Assembly: GCA_013265495.1 (NCBI GenBank)
Contig: MU057503.1
Location: forward strand, 310,001-374,000
Direction of reading: 5' to 3'
Source of the DNA: Vicugna vicugna
Lineage: Eukaryota
Length of the DNA: 64,000 nt
Each line of letters begins with the position of its first letter. The first letter of the stretch is position 1. The position numbers and the translations under genes were made by a program. The notes beneath the pieces were generated by a model. The model had not been told where the DNA came from. It saw only the letters and a list, made by a program, of their open reading frames with translations, and made no database searches. Positions 1 to 13,779 of this stretch are shown here, piece by piece.

Positions 1-1799
1 TTTGGTCTCGTCGGTCTGCAAGAAACTCCATCTAGTTTTTTTGTTGTTGTTTGTTTGTTTTTTTAATAAAGTAAGCAGATATTACCTACCCAGTGATGAA
101 AATGAGATGTGCCACTTTTGGAAAGATGACTTTTATGATAAGTTTAATTTCAGATATTCAGTAGTTTGTTTTGATACCAATTTTCATTATTTTTCTGTAT
201 CATCTTCTGTTGAGAGTTGTAACAAATAATTTTAAAGAATTTTAAAGAAAGTCTGTTCTAATTGCTCTCATTTAGAAAATATTAAATCCTATTTTGTAAT
301 TTTAACAATAATTTATAGAACTGACTAATCCCAGGTCTTATAATTGATGTAACACAGTGATTCCTCTATATTTTAGACCTTAGTGAGCTAGCTTGGGGAT
401 TTAATTGCCATTTATTATGTTATTTCTATTGGAAAATACATTCAGAATTCCAAACAAGTAACTTACAAAGTTCTAGAACTCAATCCATCTCTAATCTAGG
501 AACTTTCAAGAAAGCTAATTCGCTTCTTTTACGTGAACCTTAGCTAAAGATGTATTTCGTTTAGTCTTTGAGGTACAATTGTAATCACACCAAAAATTGT
601 GAAAGTAATTTTTGGCATGATTATCTCTGATACAAAATTTTGTGTATAGTACACCATAAGAATTTGTTGGCTTTAAGAACTTTGACTCCTTAACCAGTGG
701 CACTTCTAATAAGCTTAGGGCCCGCCTTCAGGAATTAAAAAATGACCTTGACTGTGTCACAAGTTTAAAACAAGAATGAAGTGATTAGTGATGGTTTTTA
801 GGAGGGAGTCTTGATTTTCAAGAAGTATTTTGGTTGAGTTAAATTTTCCGTCATAATTTAATAGCAGTGCCATATTTTGGCTTTTGTTCTTAAAGGAACT
901 GATAAGTTTTATTTTTTTGGAGTGAGGTGAGGGGTGGTACTTGGTAGACACTAAGGCAAAACTTGTCTAAGTATAAGAAACTTTTCTATCTGTGTACTGG
1001 TTTGCTGCTTAACACTCACTCTCCCAGTATCTTTGCAGATATTATCTGAAGAAGACTCGTTCTGGACTACTTAGAAGCTTACTCAAGAACTTAATAGAAT
1101 ACAGGGCTGATTGCATATGTGCTTCAGAAGGGTTGTCTCCTTCCCCATTACTTTTTAAAAAAAAGGTAGAATGAAGTGAGACATTCTATGTTTAGTCTTT
1201 AAGTTTTAATAATTTCTACCTTTTTGGCCATAATACTTGGCTCTAATTTTTTTTCTTAATTAATGATAAGCTGGATTTTTTAAGATTTCAAATCTGTTAG
1301 AAAAATAGAAGAAAAGAGTATTGATAAAGGATAATGGCTTACTTACTGATATTTATTACTTTGGATATTCTTCATAGTTTTCTCCATCTTAATTGTTTTC
1401 ATTTACAAAACAATTTGCATGTTAAGTTGTATTTATAGTGGCTATAATTTCATTCTGTCATTTTGTAATGAAGGTAGTAATACATTCAGTCTTTTTTTTC
1501 CCCTCCTATTTTCCTTAGATATGAATCTTCATACTTCAGCAGTATAACTTTCTTTTAAGCACAAGTGTACTAGCTAATTTATTCTGAAATAATTGTATGA
1601 GAAGTTTTTTTTCTTTGTCTTAAAAATTACTTTAGAGCTTTGTAAATCACTTCTTTATAATTTATATTCATTCAGTGGCCTTCAGAAGCAGTAACCTCTG
1701 AGGTTTTGTGTTTATGTATTTAATGAATAAAACCCTTTTGGTCGTTTCTATTTGCAGGCACTACTCTGTGGAAACAAATGAGGGGCTCTAATTAAGTCT

Positions 1800-3300
1800 A
1801 GAACCATGATCAGAGTGAGTTTGTAATTGTGGAGCTGAGTCTTTATAGAGTGAGTAGAAGCTAGCCAACAGAAGAAGGGGGCATTCTAGGCAGAGGAAAT
1901 AGCACATGTTTGTATTCCATGTAAAATAAATTTCATGATGAAGGTGATTGGGAGCCATTAAGGCTTTTTAAGAGAGTGGCATGATCAGATTTATACTGAG
2001 TAACATTACCTTAACAGTATTGGTGGGGAGAATCGGAGGGGATTGAGACTGAGGCAAAGAGAGCAAATTTTGTAAAGAGGTGATTGTCTGCATTGAGGTA
2101 GCAATAGAGATAGACAGGAAGTTGCTCGCATTGTGGTAGACACATGTGAAAGAGACAGTATGGATTAGAGAGATTTAGCAGGTAAAATTGCCAGAGCATA
2201 GTGACCTTTTTTTGTAATGTAGAATGAGAAAACTGTGATGCTTCTGAGGTTTCTGGCTTGGGAAACTGAGTAAAGCACGAAGAGGAGGAAATGTCTTGGG
2301 GGAAAATGAGTAGTCATGAATATTAAATTTAAGATTTATGTGTGATATCCAAGTGGAACTGACCAGTAAGTGTAGTAAGTGTTTGAAAATGATGGTCTGG
2401 CACTGAAGAGGGAGGTCTAGAATTTCAGATTTAGGAGTAGCAGTTAATAGAAACCATGGGAGTAGATAAATGGGCCAGGAAGAGTGTATAGAATGAGAAT
2501 ATCAGGGCTAAAGAAGGAACTTGGGGAAACAGCAGCATTGAAGGGAAAGGGGCAGCTGGGGTGACTAAGGTTAAGGACATGGGAGAGAAAGCGAACACTG
2601 GGCTCGAGCGAGGTCCTTGAGAAAGCTGGAGTTTCAAGGGCCTGGGTGTATGAACTGACTTCCAGTCTGAGAAGGGATACATTACCCTCTGTTAGAGGAA
2701 GGGAAAAAGAAGAAGTGGATTTGAATGTGACAAATTTGAATGAAGAGCCTAGTGGAGGGATAGCAAGTTGTGGACAGTTTGGTCTTGCTCTGTTTTCTTG
2801 GTAAAATAGGAAAGGAGCTTGTTGCTAGGAGTGATTAGTGATAAAAGAAGTGTTGGATAGGAAGTTTGAGGGGAGCAGTGGATAGCTTTGGAGAAGTGGA
2901 GGGGAAATTGACTTGGAACACCTCAGAGTCTTGGCAGGAAAAGTGGCTGAATGATGATGGATCGTGAGATCTAGGTTGAATTCCCAAAGAAGGAAATCCA
3001 AGACAGCTTTGATTGAATGGAAGGTGGAAAGGTTAAGGCACTAGCAGCTATTTAACTGAATTGGACCAACTTAATCCAAGAGCAGTGGAATTGGGGAATG
3101 AAAGAGCTAGAAAGATAGGGACTGGGAAAAAAAGTGGGGATATTGAATTTCAGACTACCAAGTAAGATGATAAAGCCCGGGGAGGGGGTCATAGAAGAGA
3201 AGAGGGAGCGAAGGTCATTTGACTTGAGGTTGTCACATTAGGGTTTCGGATGGATTTTTTTTCTCTCTCTCTCTTTTAATGAAGTGGAATCAGTGAGAGT
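1800..3300 (-). mobile_element. Degenerate L2 LINE fragment(s)
   Basis: Purine-rich stretch with motifs like gggagccattaaggcttttt...catgatcagattt and ggtttctggcttgg, typical of antisense L2; boundaries approximate. Confidence 0.6.
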
Positions 3301-4599
3301 ATGATAAAGTGTAGGTAGTCTTCCCAGGCTACGTACTTGAAGTTTCTTCTTACCCATTCAGGACTGGTAGAAGTAGTTGGCAGGGATTGTTGCCTAAAAA
3401 AGCAAATGTTCTGTGGTGGAGTTCCTCAGTGTCAGGCGTTTCTATGCATTAACTGGCTGAGGGGAGAAAGCGGTGCCCCCCGTGACCAGATTCCCCCCTT
3501 AACCAGCTATTTGGGGACTGAGGGCCAAGTCAGCTGGCTCTTCTGGTAGGGCAAAGATCTCATTTTCAGGCAGTGAAGAATACGGGCTGAATAATGTTTA
3601 CATACTTAATTGGGAGCTGGTTTTGCTTAGGTCTCTTATGTACCATAGTTTTTTACTGGTTGACATTGGTCCGAGAAATTTGCTCATGATACAACCAGTT
3701 GTGTTTTTTCCTTCATTAGCATAAAGAATAAATCCATATTTTATATATTGAATTAATTAGTTTTCATAATGTATTCAAAAAGTGTCAACACTAGTCAGAA
3801 CAATATAACAAGTGTGGTAATAAGTTATAAATCATTTTTGTCAAGACTTACTTTCCTATATAATGCAGTTTTAGTTAGTTGTGTAGCCCTGCTAGTGATC
3901 TTTGATTTTGCCTCTACTCTTTCTTTTTATGCTGCTATTGACTTTATTATTAAAAAGTACATTAGATTCCTAAGGTCCCATTAAATTCATTTTCTTCTGT
4001 TACATATTTTAGTATTAACTTCAAGAGTTCTATAAGTAGCAGCTTTTTCACCAGGACTTCTAGGAAAATTTTACAAGCTTACTGCAGTATTCTAAGAGCA
4101 TTTTACAGTGAGAGCTTTTTAAAAAGCTTTCAGTTAGTCTATAACATGTTTTATATATTTTTGAAAGTTAGTACCATAACCATTGAAATTTATTGTTTAA
4201 GTGTAAAGCATATAATAGCTTATTTTTTTTTTACTAAGTTTTGGTATTTTTTACTTGCATAAAAATGAATAAAGAGCAAAGGTCAATGAAAACAAATTTT
4301 AGTGAAAAACAATGTATTGATTATTTTCTTAGCACTGTGCTTTGGTGACATAGAAGTAAAAGACATTGTTTCAGGCCAGTCAACCAAAAAGGAAGACATA
4401 TTTCAAAAATGGACGTATTTTCCTTTTTAAAATATAAGCATAACTTATTTTCAACCACGTACAAAACAGAGGCCTTACTATCATTCTTATAATGTAAAAG
4501 AAATTTATCAGTTTCTTAAGTGTAAAGCATGGCAAGAAATTTTAAAAATGAATGAGAAACTGTCTTTATCTTCTTGAAGTTAACTAACAGTCGAATAAA

Positions 4600-4790
4600 A
4601 TGTTATCTTTCCATTAGACTAGGAACAGTGCCTCCACTGACTGTTACAACATGCCATTGCAAGTTTATAGCTGTAAGGAAACTTACGATTTAGAGAGGTG
4701 CAGTAACTTGCCTACAGTAGTAAAGCTACAAAGTGGAAGAATTGGGCTGTGCATCCGTGTGCATCCGTCTCTGACGGCTGCATCTCATCA
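4600..4790 (-). mobile_element. MIR SINE fragment
   Basis: gaaact...tttagagaggtgcagtaacttgcct..agtggaag MIR-core-like. Confidence 0.55.
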
Positions 4791-5029
4791 TGCTGCAAGT
4801 GTCTTTAAAACATACTTGACTTGTTTTTACCATTGTTCCCACTTGTCCGCCTTGCTTTATTATTTGTTACTATTTGTCATCCTCATTTTGACTTTTGTAA
4901 CCCTCTACCTTCCTATTTCTTCTCCCTCCCTCAGTATTTTTTTCTCTTTTTCTTTATACACAAAGTTTTGTCTTGAGACCTTTTCTCTGTGCTCACCCCT
5001 TTAGTATTTCTGGCCATTGCTTCTGGCTT

Positions 5030-5720
5030 TACCACAATTCTCATGACTCCTAAATCTACTTAATTAACTCTGCTCTCTTTACTGAGCTTAGACCTGTGTT
5101 TCCAACTATCAGTTGAACACATCTACCAGAGTATCTTTCACATACTTCAGATAGATCTTTGTGTAATTGAACTTACTTTTCTCAAAACCTGTCCTGTCCC
5201 ATTTCCCTCATTCTGTTCAAGGTACTCATCGCTGTTGCTTGCCTTAGTCCCATTTGGTATCTTCTGTCCCTCAGCTCTCCTTACATTGTATTCATTGTTA
5301 GATGTTTCTTCTAGCTCTGTAGTTTCTAACAAACATCTCCTTTTTTCTGTTTTCTTTGTTGTTTTTCTAGTTCCAGGTCCCAGTCTTATGCCTTTGATAC
5401 ACATGAATGGCACAAAAGACCATTCTCTGTGTTACCACCAGATTAATATACTTCAGCGCCTTAGAAATTCTCAGTGGATACTCTATTTATAGAACTCAGC
5501 CTAGCATTTAAGATCTTCTTGTTCTTCTCAACCTTCCTTCATCACCCTCAGCTTTTCCTCAAATGCCTTTATACTTCAGCCAAACTCTGTTGGCTGCTAT
5601 TCATTCTCCAAATATGCCCTACTGTTTCCCTCTGCCATGCTGTGGCTTTTTAGGTTCCTTTTGCTGTCCTGGAATCACCTCCGCCCATCTTGTTAAAATT
5701 AAAATGCTACCTTTAATCCC
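5030..5720 (+). mobile_element. Degenerate L2 fragment
   Basis: Pyrimidine-rich L2-like text (tgactcctaaatcta, tccaactatc..., cctagcattta); approximate. Confidence 0.5.
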
Positions 5721-7769
5721 ACTTTAAATGTTACTCTTCCATATGTTGCATGCATGAACTACCTTTACAGATGATTTTCTCATTTCTTCCTTCATTCACT
5801 CATTTATTTAGTTATTCATTTGTTCATGACTCAGTTTTTGAACACCTACTGTGTGCCATGGACTAGCTAGTTGCTGGAGCAAGAACAGTTGCAGCTCCTA
5901 TGCAGATGCCTGATCAGTGATTGGATGGATGCTGCTGCTGTTCAGAAAAATAGAGGTTATAGGAAGAAGCGGCAGGTTTTTCTGGGGCTGAGGTGGAAGT
6001 TGGGTGTGTCTGAGAGATGATATCTGTTTCAAATATCTTTAAGATGGCTGTTAAATATATGGGTTAGTAAATCCTATAGTTGAGGAAGCAGGTAAGAAAC
6101 AGGAATATAATTTAGGATGCTTCAGCATTTGGAAAATAATTGAAACCGTGGGCTTCAGATTGCTTAGGAAGAGTTTATTGAGACGTGAGGCCAAGGATAT
6201 TCTTTGTGGTTTTGAAAGAGGAATCAGCTTTTTTTTTCTTTTTTGGTCTTTGCTTTTCTGTACTAGCTTCCATATTCAAAATCCCTGGTGGGTATATCTA
6301 TTTGGGTAAACAAAGAATATTGAGAAAGAGAAAAAGTATTTCCTGAGATAGATTAATTTTAAGACTAACATATTAAATGCTACAGTGCATTTAATACTGT
6401 TATCTTTCTTTCCCAACTCATAGATTGCCCTTGGAAATAAAAATATTAGACTGCCTTGAGTAGTTCCCCTATGGATATACAAGTGTCTGATCAGAGTAGT
6501 GGATACTTTTAAAGCAAGAAGTTAAAAGACTCTTCTTTACACAGACAATAGAAGGAAATCTGAATCCAAATGCTTCCATTTATACATGGCACTCTCTGTA
6601 TGGGCTAGGTGTAGGTATGAAGTAGGACTGCAGTGATTAGGGGGACCATGATACACAGCTTCCCAGCAACGTGGGTACCTAGGAGAATACGATGGTACAG
6701 TTGCAAAGTCTGACAATGGAAAATTGGATGTAAAAAACCAGGAGCTATGAGTTATGTCTAATTATATCTAAGGTAACAAACCTTTTGGTGATTTCTTGAG
6801 TTTAGGAATGAAAATACTAGTTATATAGCTTTTTAAACACTTGCTACTTCAGAGCTACTTAGGAAAAACCACTCCTTATTCTTTTCCTTATTATGTGTGT
6901 GTAAAAATAATTGTTAAACATAGTTTATACTTACAGTTTACTTATTACACTTATAGGGGTCGACTCTTTATCTGAGGAAATCAAAATAGTGTGGCAAATT
7001 TGAAATCCTTTGCTGACATCTAGCATCTAGCATGCTGCAGGATTGATTTTGGAAACTGACTATAATTCAGAAAGTTGAGACAGATTGGGATTTATGATGG
7101 TTCAGTTTGATCAATCTCTGTTGTTTCTGAGCAGAAGGAAATACTGAATTTGAGAATATGCGAGGTACATAGTGCCATAGTGAGGAGAGGGAGAGTCTGA
7201 ACATTTGAAAATGATGGTAGAAGAAATCTCAGTGACGACAGATTAATTTCAGTTGGCTCAGTAAGAAAATTATCTAGGAGAGTTTGAGATGGGTTGTATG
7301 AGTGTAACAAAGTATGTAATAATTTCAGTATTACTGTATTTTTATAATAGTAAATTTGTTACTTGTACCTCTTCAAAGTGTATCCATAATCTGACCACTC
7401 CTTACCATCTCCACTACTGTCACCTCAGGCCTATCCACCATCATCTCTTCCTTATATTATTACAATGGCCTCCTAAATTTTACTGCATATTGAAATCACC
7501 TAAAAATTTTTAAAAATACCAATGCATGGCTCCCATTAGCAGTCATTCTGATTTAATTGGAATGTTGTTGCAACCTGGGATTCAGGACTTTTTTTTTTTT
7601 TTAAGCTTCTGGTGTTTCTAATATGCACTGCACCCAGGTAATCAGAAAATCAATCATCTTTCCCTGAAGTAATTTATTTTGAGTATATTTTTCTGCTAGT
7701 AACCATGTTCATTTAATTTGGGATATTTCCATTTCTTAAAGTTGTAGAAGAATGTGCTAGTGTATCCGT

Positions 7770-8345
7770 TAGGCATCTTAGTTGTGAGCAATGAAAGCTG
7801 ACTCAGTCTGATTTAAGCAGAAGTGAAGTTTACTGATAGAGTATTGAGTAACTCACAGCATTGGTAGAAGGCTGGATGGAGCCAGCCTTGGAAGGAATAC
7901 AGGAACAAAGGGAGGCTGAACAGCTAGAACCACAGCAGAACTCATGCCAGCGAGACCATTACTGCCGTCTCTGCTGAGCAGACGGGGTGCCTCTGTGTGC
8001 ACTATGGTTGTGCTGGCCCCTCCACGCCGCCCATGCTTCTGCTGCCCTCCCTGCCCTTGAAAACTCCGTGTTGCCTCCACTGTTGCTGTTGTCAGGAAGA
8101 ACTCCTTCTTGTTTCTGCCTTTCTGTGCCGCTAACCTCCATATTCAAAACTCCTGGTGGGTGTGTCTATTTGGAAAAGCATAGGCTGCCAGGATATGTAC
8201 GAAAGCAAGTATCTGTTATTTACAATTTTTAATAGTGGAAGATAGGCTCTGTCTTGCATTGAAACTCATGAAGTTGGAAATTCTCCAGGCACAGGCAAGG
8301 GCTTCACATGTTCGGAAGCCAAGAAAATGACAGAGGTCTACTGTA
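7770..8345. mobile_element. Old LTR relic, MaLR/ERVL-like
   Basis: gttagg...agttgtgagcaatgaaagctgactcagtctgatttaagcagaag start typical of old MLT1-type LTRs; GC-richer than flanks. Confidence 0.5.
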
Positions 8346-8674
8346 CATTGTATAGCCTACAATGTGTTATTTGTTTGATGCATTAATCCACTGGTCTTCA
8401 ACCTAATAGCCCATAGGACACTGGGTTCTTCTGTAATTATTTTTAAACCTTTAGAGCCTGCTACCACTTGTCCCTTAGCAAACAGCAAGAGATAACAAAA
8501 TAAATGAACAAGTAGCAAGCAAATTAATAGGAAAACTTGAACATATAACTTATCAGTATTTATGTATTATTTTTGGAGGTATGGAGACCAGTATAAGTAT
8601 AAAGTAGGCATGTTTCTTGATAGTAAAAATGTCCTGAGTTTCTCTAATGGAAGTTGGATATTAATATTGTATGT

Positions 8675-8987
8675 CAGCACTCTCTGGTAGAAATATAATA
8701 TGGGGCCACATATGCAATCCATGTATGTAATTTTAAATTGCATTAAAAAGTAAAAAGAGAAAAACTTAATTTTAATAATATATATTATTAACCCAACATG
8801 TTCAAAATATTATCATTTCAGCATTTAATCAATGTAACTAAGGGATAGTTTACATTCTTTTTTTTATACTAAGTCTTCAAAATATAGTGTGTGTTTTATA
8901 CTTAGAGCACAGCTCAGTTCAGACTAGCCATATATAAAGTGTTTACTAGCCACATATAGGTAGTGGCTATGGTATTGGACAGCACAG
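8675..8987. mobile_element. MER33/MER3-like hAT-Charlie MITE
   Basis: cagcactct...agaaatataat start; tagccacat...gtagtggctatggtattggacagcacag end. Confidence 0.7.
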
Positions 8988-9549
8988 TTCTATGGCACAG
9001 TAGAAAATGCGGTATGACTTTCAGGTACTGCCAGCTGAACATACTTGTGTTGAAGTGTTTTCGGCAGGAGAAATGAATGGCTGCTTTTAAAAAATGCAAC
9101 TAAAAGTGATGACAAAGTTTCTAGTTATCTATTCTTTTCTAATCCAAAACAGTTTTACTTGATTTTTTAGTGTTTTGCAATTTTTTTTCCATAATTTAGA
9201 GAGAGGTGTGAAGTGGGAAAGAGAAACTTAAAATTTTTTATTAAGCTTTGTTTTTGTTTATTATTTTTACTTTCTGAAGATTTAAATGTAGAGATTAGGG
9301 TATTCCTTATGCACTTTAAGGCAGAGAAAGGCAAGATGCTGTAGTTTGCATGTGAATAATCAAATTAATCGTATTTCATTACATTTAATGTGTGTTTCAC
9401 TACTAGGCTTTCGTATCTGAAATTTTGAAAATAAAAGAGATAATAGCAACTGACACTGTGCTTGAGATTTTTATCATATATGATTTCTTTTCCTTGGATA
9501 ATTCATGTTGATAGTAAGTTTTATGTTCTAATTATTTTTATTCTTGCAG

Positions 9550-9613
9550 GCTGCTGAATCAGGAATAATAAAAGTTAAAACAATAGCTGCACGAAACACC
9601 GAAATTTTGGCAG
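9550..9613 (+). CDS. MON2: MON2 exon 2 (64 nt): AAESGIIKVKTIAARNTEILA
   Basis: ttcttgcag|GCTGCT...GCAG|gtaatt; ends phase 1. Confidence 0.95.
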
Positions 9614-12600
9614 GTAATTTTTTGCATTAAAAATTCAACAATTAATGAAAATTTGACTAATAGTAAAAGTAGAATCTTCAAACCCATCATTTTTTTTTTA
9701 CAGCGTCTCTTCCTTATGCCCTAACATGCTATCTGTAATGATAAAGAACATGTAAAAGTCCCTAACTTATGAACTAATTGGGTTTCCAAGAAGTGAATGC
9801 TATACAAATCTTCAAAATCAGAAAACTTAAAATGACTAACTCCTCAAAGGCAAGGGTTTTCCTTACTCATCATTGTATTCTTCTCCACCTCTTGTCAATC
9901 ACCTAAGACACACCTTACTCATAAAAGGCATTTAATTAATATCTTTTGTACTGAATTAAATGGAAGATTGATTTTTCAGACCACCTCCCAAGATCTGTTT
10001 TATCTTTAGTATAATATAAACAGGTCATAATGTAGGCTATAAATTTAGTAGTACTCTGAGTTTTGTGTAGTGAGACTAAGACTACATGTTCATGAAGAAA
10101 GAATGGAAGTGGGACGGAGGAAAATATTTTCTTACGTTCTCTTGATTGACCCTGGTGTTAGGGAGCCCTCAACAGTTTCTCTGTGGCGCCCTTTTGGTAC
10201 TCAGTCTGCTTATTTTCTTTAGTGCCTTTCTGTTCTTGCCTCAATAATGAACGTGGAAAAGAAGGACACTGGCGTTTTTTGAGAATCTGTTACATGTGAG
10301 GCATTTGTGCCGCTCTGTCTTATATAAGGCAGCCTTGTGGGGAAATACTGTTTTTATTTAATGGAGAGCAAATTGAGATGCAGAGAGATTTAAGTTACTG
10401 GCCTAACATCACATGATAAGTTGTGGAATCAGATTCAAAACCCAGGGCTGCTGAGAGCCTGGGTTTTTCCACAGTGTTGTGAGGTTTCCTGTCTATAGTG
10501 TTCCCTCCCAAGTGTTTTTTGCATTCCTTACTTCACTGATCCTTCATTCTCCATTTCCAATCCAGTAGTGCTATTGGTCTCAGTTCGTTATAGGAGAAAA
10601 GCAATTCTATTAAGTTAATTTAAACAAAGTCCAAATAGTAAAGAGTCTCTTTAATTCTCATAGGTCTCTTTACATTTTTGAAAGAAAGGATACCAATAAA
10701 TCTCTAAGTGGTGGAATTTCAAAGAGTATTAAAAAGTGAAATGACTTTTGGGAGCAGTTTAAGGGTGACAGGTGGGAGTGGATTTTACTTGCCAGCCTAG
10801 GGTTAGCCCTCTTAAGTTGCATCTGTTTCTCACAGCTTCTCTGATGTTAAACATTCTGACAAAACACCAGTGTTTTACAGCATTATTCACAGCATTGAGT
10901 AATGCTCTGTGTGCATGTTGAGAAGAGGGGTATAGTGAAGTGGTGGGTAAAGGCAAAGGTATGTATAATGGGATTAGAAGGATGGGCAAGTGGTTTGGGG
11001 AGATGCATGATGGGTGGATTAGCTACCATGAGGAAATTAATGTTTCAAGGTAAATTATGGGCCTGGGTATTCTTAAGTTGGAGACATCATAGACCAGTCA
11101 TATTAGAATATCATTACAAATGTTTACTTTTGCTACTGTCATTGCTGATATCATGGTAAGTCCTTAATTATTCTCCAATAATAGAAATTTTCATTGAGTC
11201 TGTAGTTGATGGAAGATTTTTTTAAAAGACTGATTTCTTCAGAAGATCACTGTCTGTCAGAGTTCTGTACCAAGTAAAATGTCTAATTTGTTCATATTAA
11301 GGACAAGTAAGAAAAATTTTGTCTCAGTATGAGTTTACTATATATGTGGGCTATTAATTTCATTTTAATTCAGTTAGTTTTATTCAGATCAGGCTACAAC
11401 AAATCTTTATGCACCTACAATTACTAGTTCATGCTTTAATATTCGTAGTCCCCAGAGCCACATACCCGAGGAGCTAGATTAGCATTTAAACTTTTTCCTA
11501 GTACTTTTACCAAGTATTTAAAGCAATTGATACCTAAAAATTTATAGATTTTTATAGTCCACTGTCATCTTGAAAAAATCAAAGGCTCCTAAGAAAGAGG
11601 AAAGAGTTTAAATTAGTCAGTATGTCATTTCTAAATTACTTAATTCAGAGTATAGTTAGTATTGAGAAAAATTTTTAGTTAACTTTTTTTTTTTATTTCC
11701 TGAGAAGCATTTAATTCTCTCTAGTTCTAAAGGCTAAGGTTACTACTTCTGTGCTGTAATGGATGTTAAAGATGTTAGACAGTTGAGGAGTCTCAAATGA
11801 GATGGGGTGTTGAATTCTCAGATATTTCTGCATATTCAGAAAATAGAAAAGGGTTGCTATAAAAATCAGAACCTTTAATTAGGATCAACTAGTCTGATTA
11901 AATAATTCTGAGCATAGATTTCTAACCAAGTTTAGTTTTCTTAGATTTGTTTTCCAAGGGAAGGTTATTTATATTGCAGACTAAATCTTTGCTTTACATC
12001 TCCCCTTCTTTTAAGCATCCTCCTTTAATGTTTATTTTTCTTTGTTTTCACTGCTGTCATGAATGCTGACATAAGTGGGAATGCTATGCCAGGTAATGTC
12101 AGCATCATTGAAATATACAGATCATTATCTCAAAACTTACATACTCTAAAGATAAAACTACAAATGAGAGATAGCAACAAGAAGTTTTTCATTTACAAGG
12201 CCAAATGCCTTAATCTTACCTTTGACTACCACATATTACAAATTGTTTCTATTATTCCAGCTTCCAGTATGCTTGAAATTGACCCAGGCGGCTTGTGTTA
12301 CACAAAAATTACATAAACAAAGAATATGCCTTTTGAATAAATATTTGAAACAAGGAAATCAATGAAGTTGTGATATCTTTTAAAATTGTATATTTGACCC
12401 CTAACTCAAAACCTTAATGGTTGCACCCACCAATGACTGCTTTTCAGCTACTGTCAGTATACGTAGATAATCATATGTATGATTTGTGTTCTTCTTTCCT
12501 TCCACTTTCCCTCATCCTTTTCATATCTGCATAGTCTTACTAAAAGTCTCTTGATTTAAGTAGCAATGAGTAAATATACTTTGAAATGTTTTTCTGACAT

Positions 12601-13779
12601 TAAAGGTAATTTATCTGCTGATTTTATTTAGCATATTCTATCTTACCAGTACAAAGACCTGATAGTTAACAAACATCTATAGAATGTATCATATAACATA
12701 TTCTTAATAAAGAATTAACTATGTAAGAATCACTAGGGGAGATACAAAGATGGGTAATATAATTTGCCTACAATCTGTATGTTAGTATAAGAAATATTTT
12801 TGAGAAGCATGTTTGTGCCATTCATTTTGTTTAGCATCCCTGCTCCTCTGTTTACTTTTTGGAGTTCTTTGCCAGAAATTTTCCCTTCCAGATGACGTAC
12901 TACCTGAGGTCAGGAACAATATCTTATTCTTCTTTATATTGCTAGTAGTTAGCACATTACATGGGAAATAGTAAGCCCTCATTAAATGGAGGTTAATAAA
13001 TGAGTCACTTCAGAATGCAAGTAAGTCTCTGAGTGCTGCCTCTAGTATGTTTTTCTACCTCTCTTTAATCTTACATGATGTGATTATTTGAGTACATGGA
13101 TTTTGTCATGTTTAGTTCATGTTAGCTGGATAATAGAGTGATGAAAGAGACAGACCCCAACAGAATTCTGATGCTGTGTGGTAAATGCCAAGATGAAAGT
13201 ATAGACAGGCTTGTTATGAGAACGTAGGGAAAGCACCTAACCCAACCGGGGAATCTGGAGCTGAGTCTTAAAGTTTGAAAAGGAGTTAGCCAGGCAAATG
13301 AGGTGTAGAAGTGAAAAGTAAAGGAAGCTACTTAAACACATGAGGTATAAGACAGTTTGGTCTATTTGGATATACTATTCAAATATTGCCCTTGTGTAAC
13401 ATCCTGAGCAGCATCTGGAAAGAGTTTGAATCAGGGAAGTGACACACTCATATTAATATTTTTGTTTATATTCTGTACATTATGCTGGCGGCAGCAGGGA
13501 AGGTATATTTCATTGTATCATCAGTAAGGCAGATGTCGGTAGACTTCCTATAATCTCGGCTAGAAGATACAGGGGGTTGTACCTAATGCCTTGCTCACAA
13601 GTTGACCTGTTGGGCCATAGGGATTTCTCTGCCGTTTAATGTGTTACTGCTTATTCTTTTCCCACCTTTTTAAAAAACTTTTAAAAATTTTACTTTGTAT
13701 CCTGCCTTTTGTTATATCATAAATTCTTTGATGCCATCTTTTCTAATTATTTAGATTATTCCATAATATTTCAGCAAAT

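Noticed and set aside
4651..5004. 117-aa ORF with a hydrophobic tail
   Set aside because: Starts in a MIR and runs into T-rich low-complexity DNA, which naturally yields Leu/Phe-rich translations; the same applies to 59321..59644.
7853..8232. Three overlapping short ORFs in a GC-richer patch
   Set aside because: Within an LTR-like relic; no splice or homology evidence.
10633..10677. Imperfect inverted repeat (gtaaagag...ctctttac)
   Set aside because: Short and AT-rich, with no miRNA or snoRNA hallmarks; likely chance or a MITE remnant.
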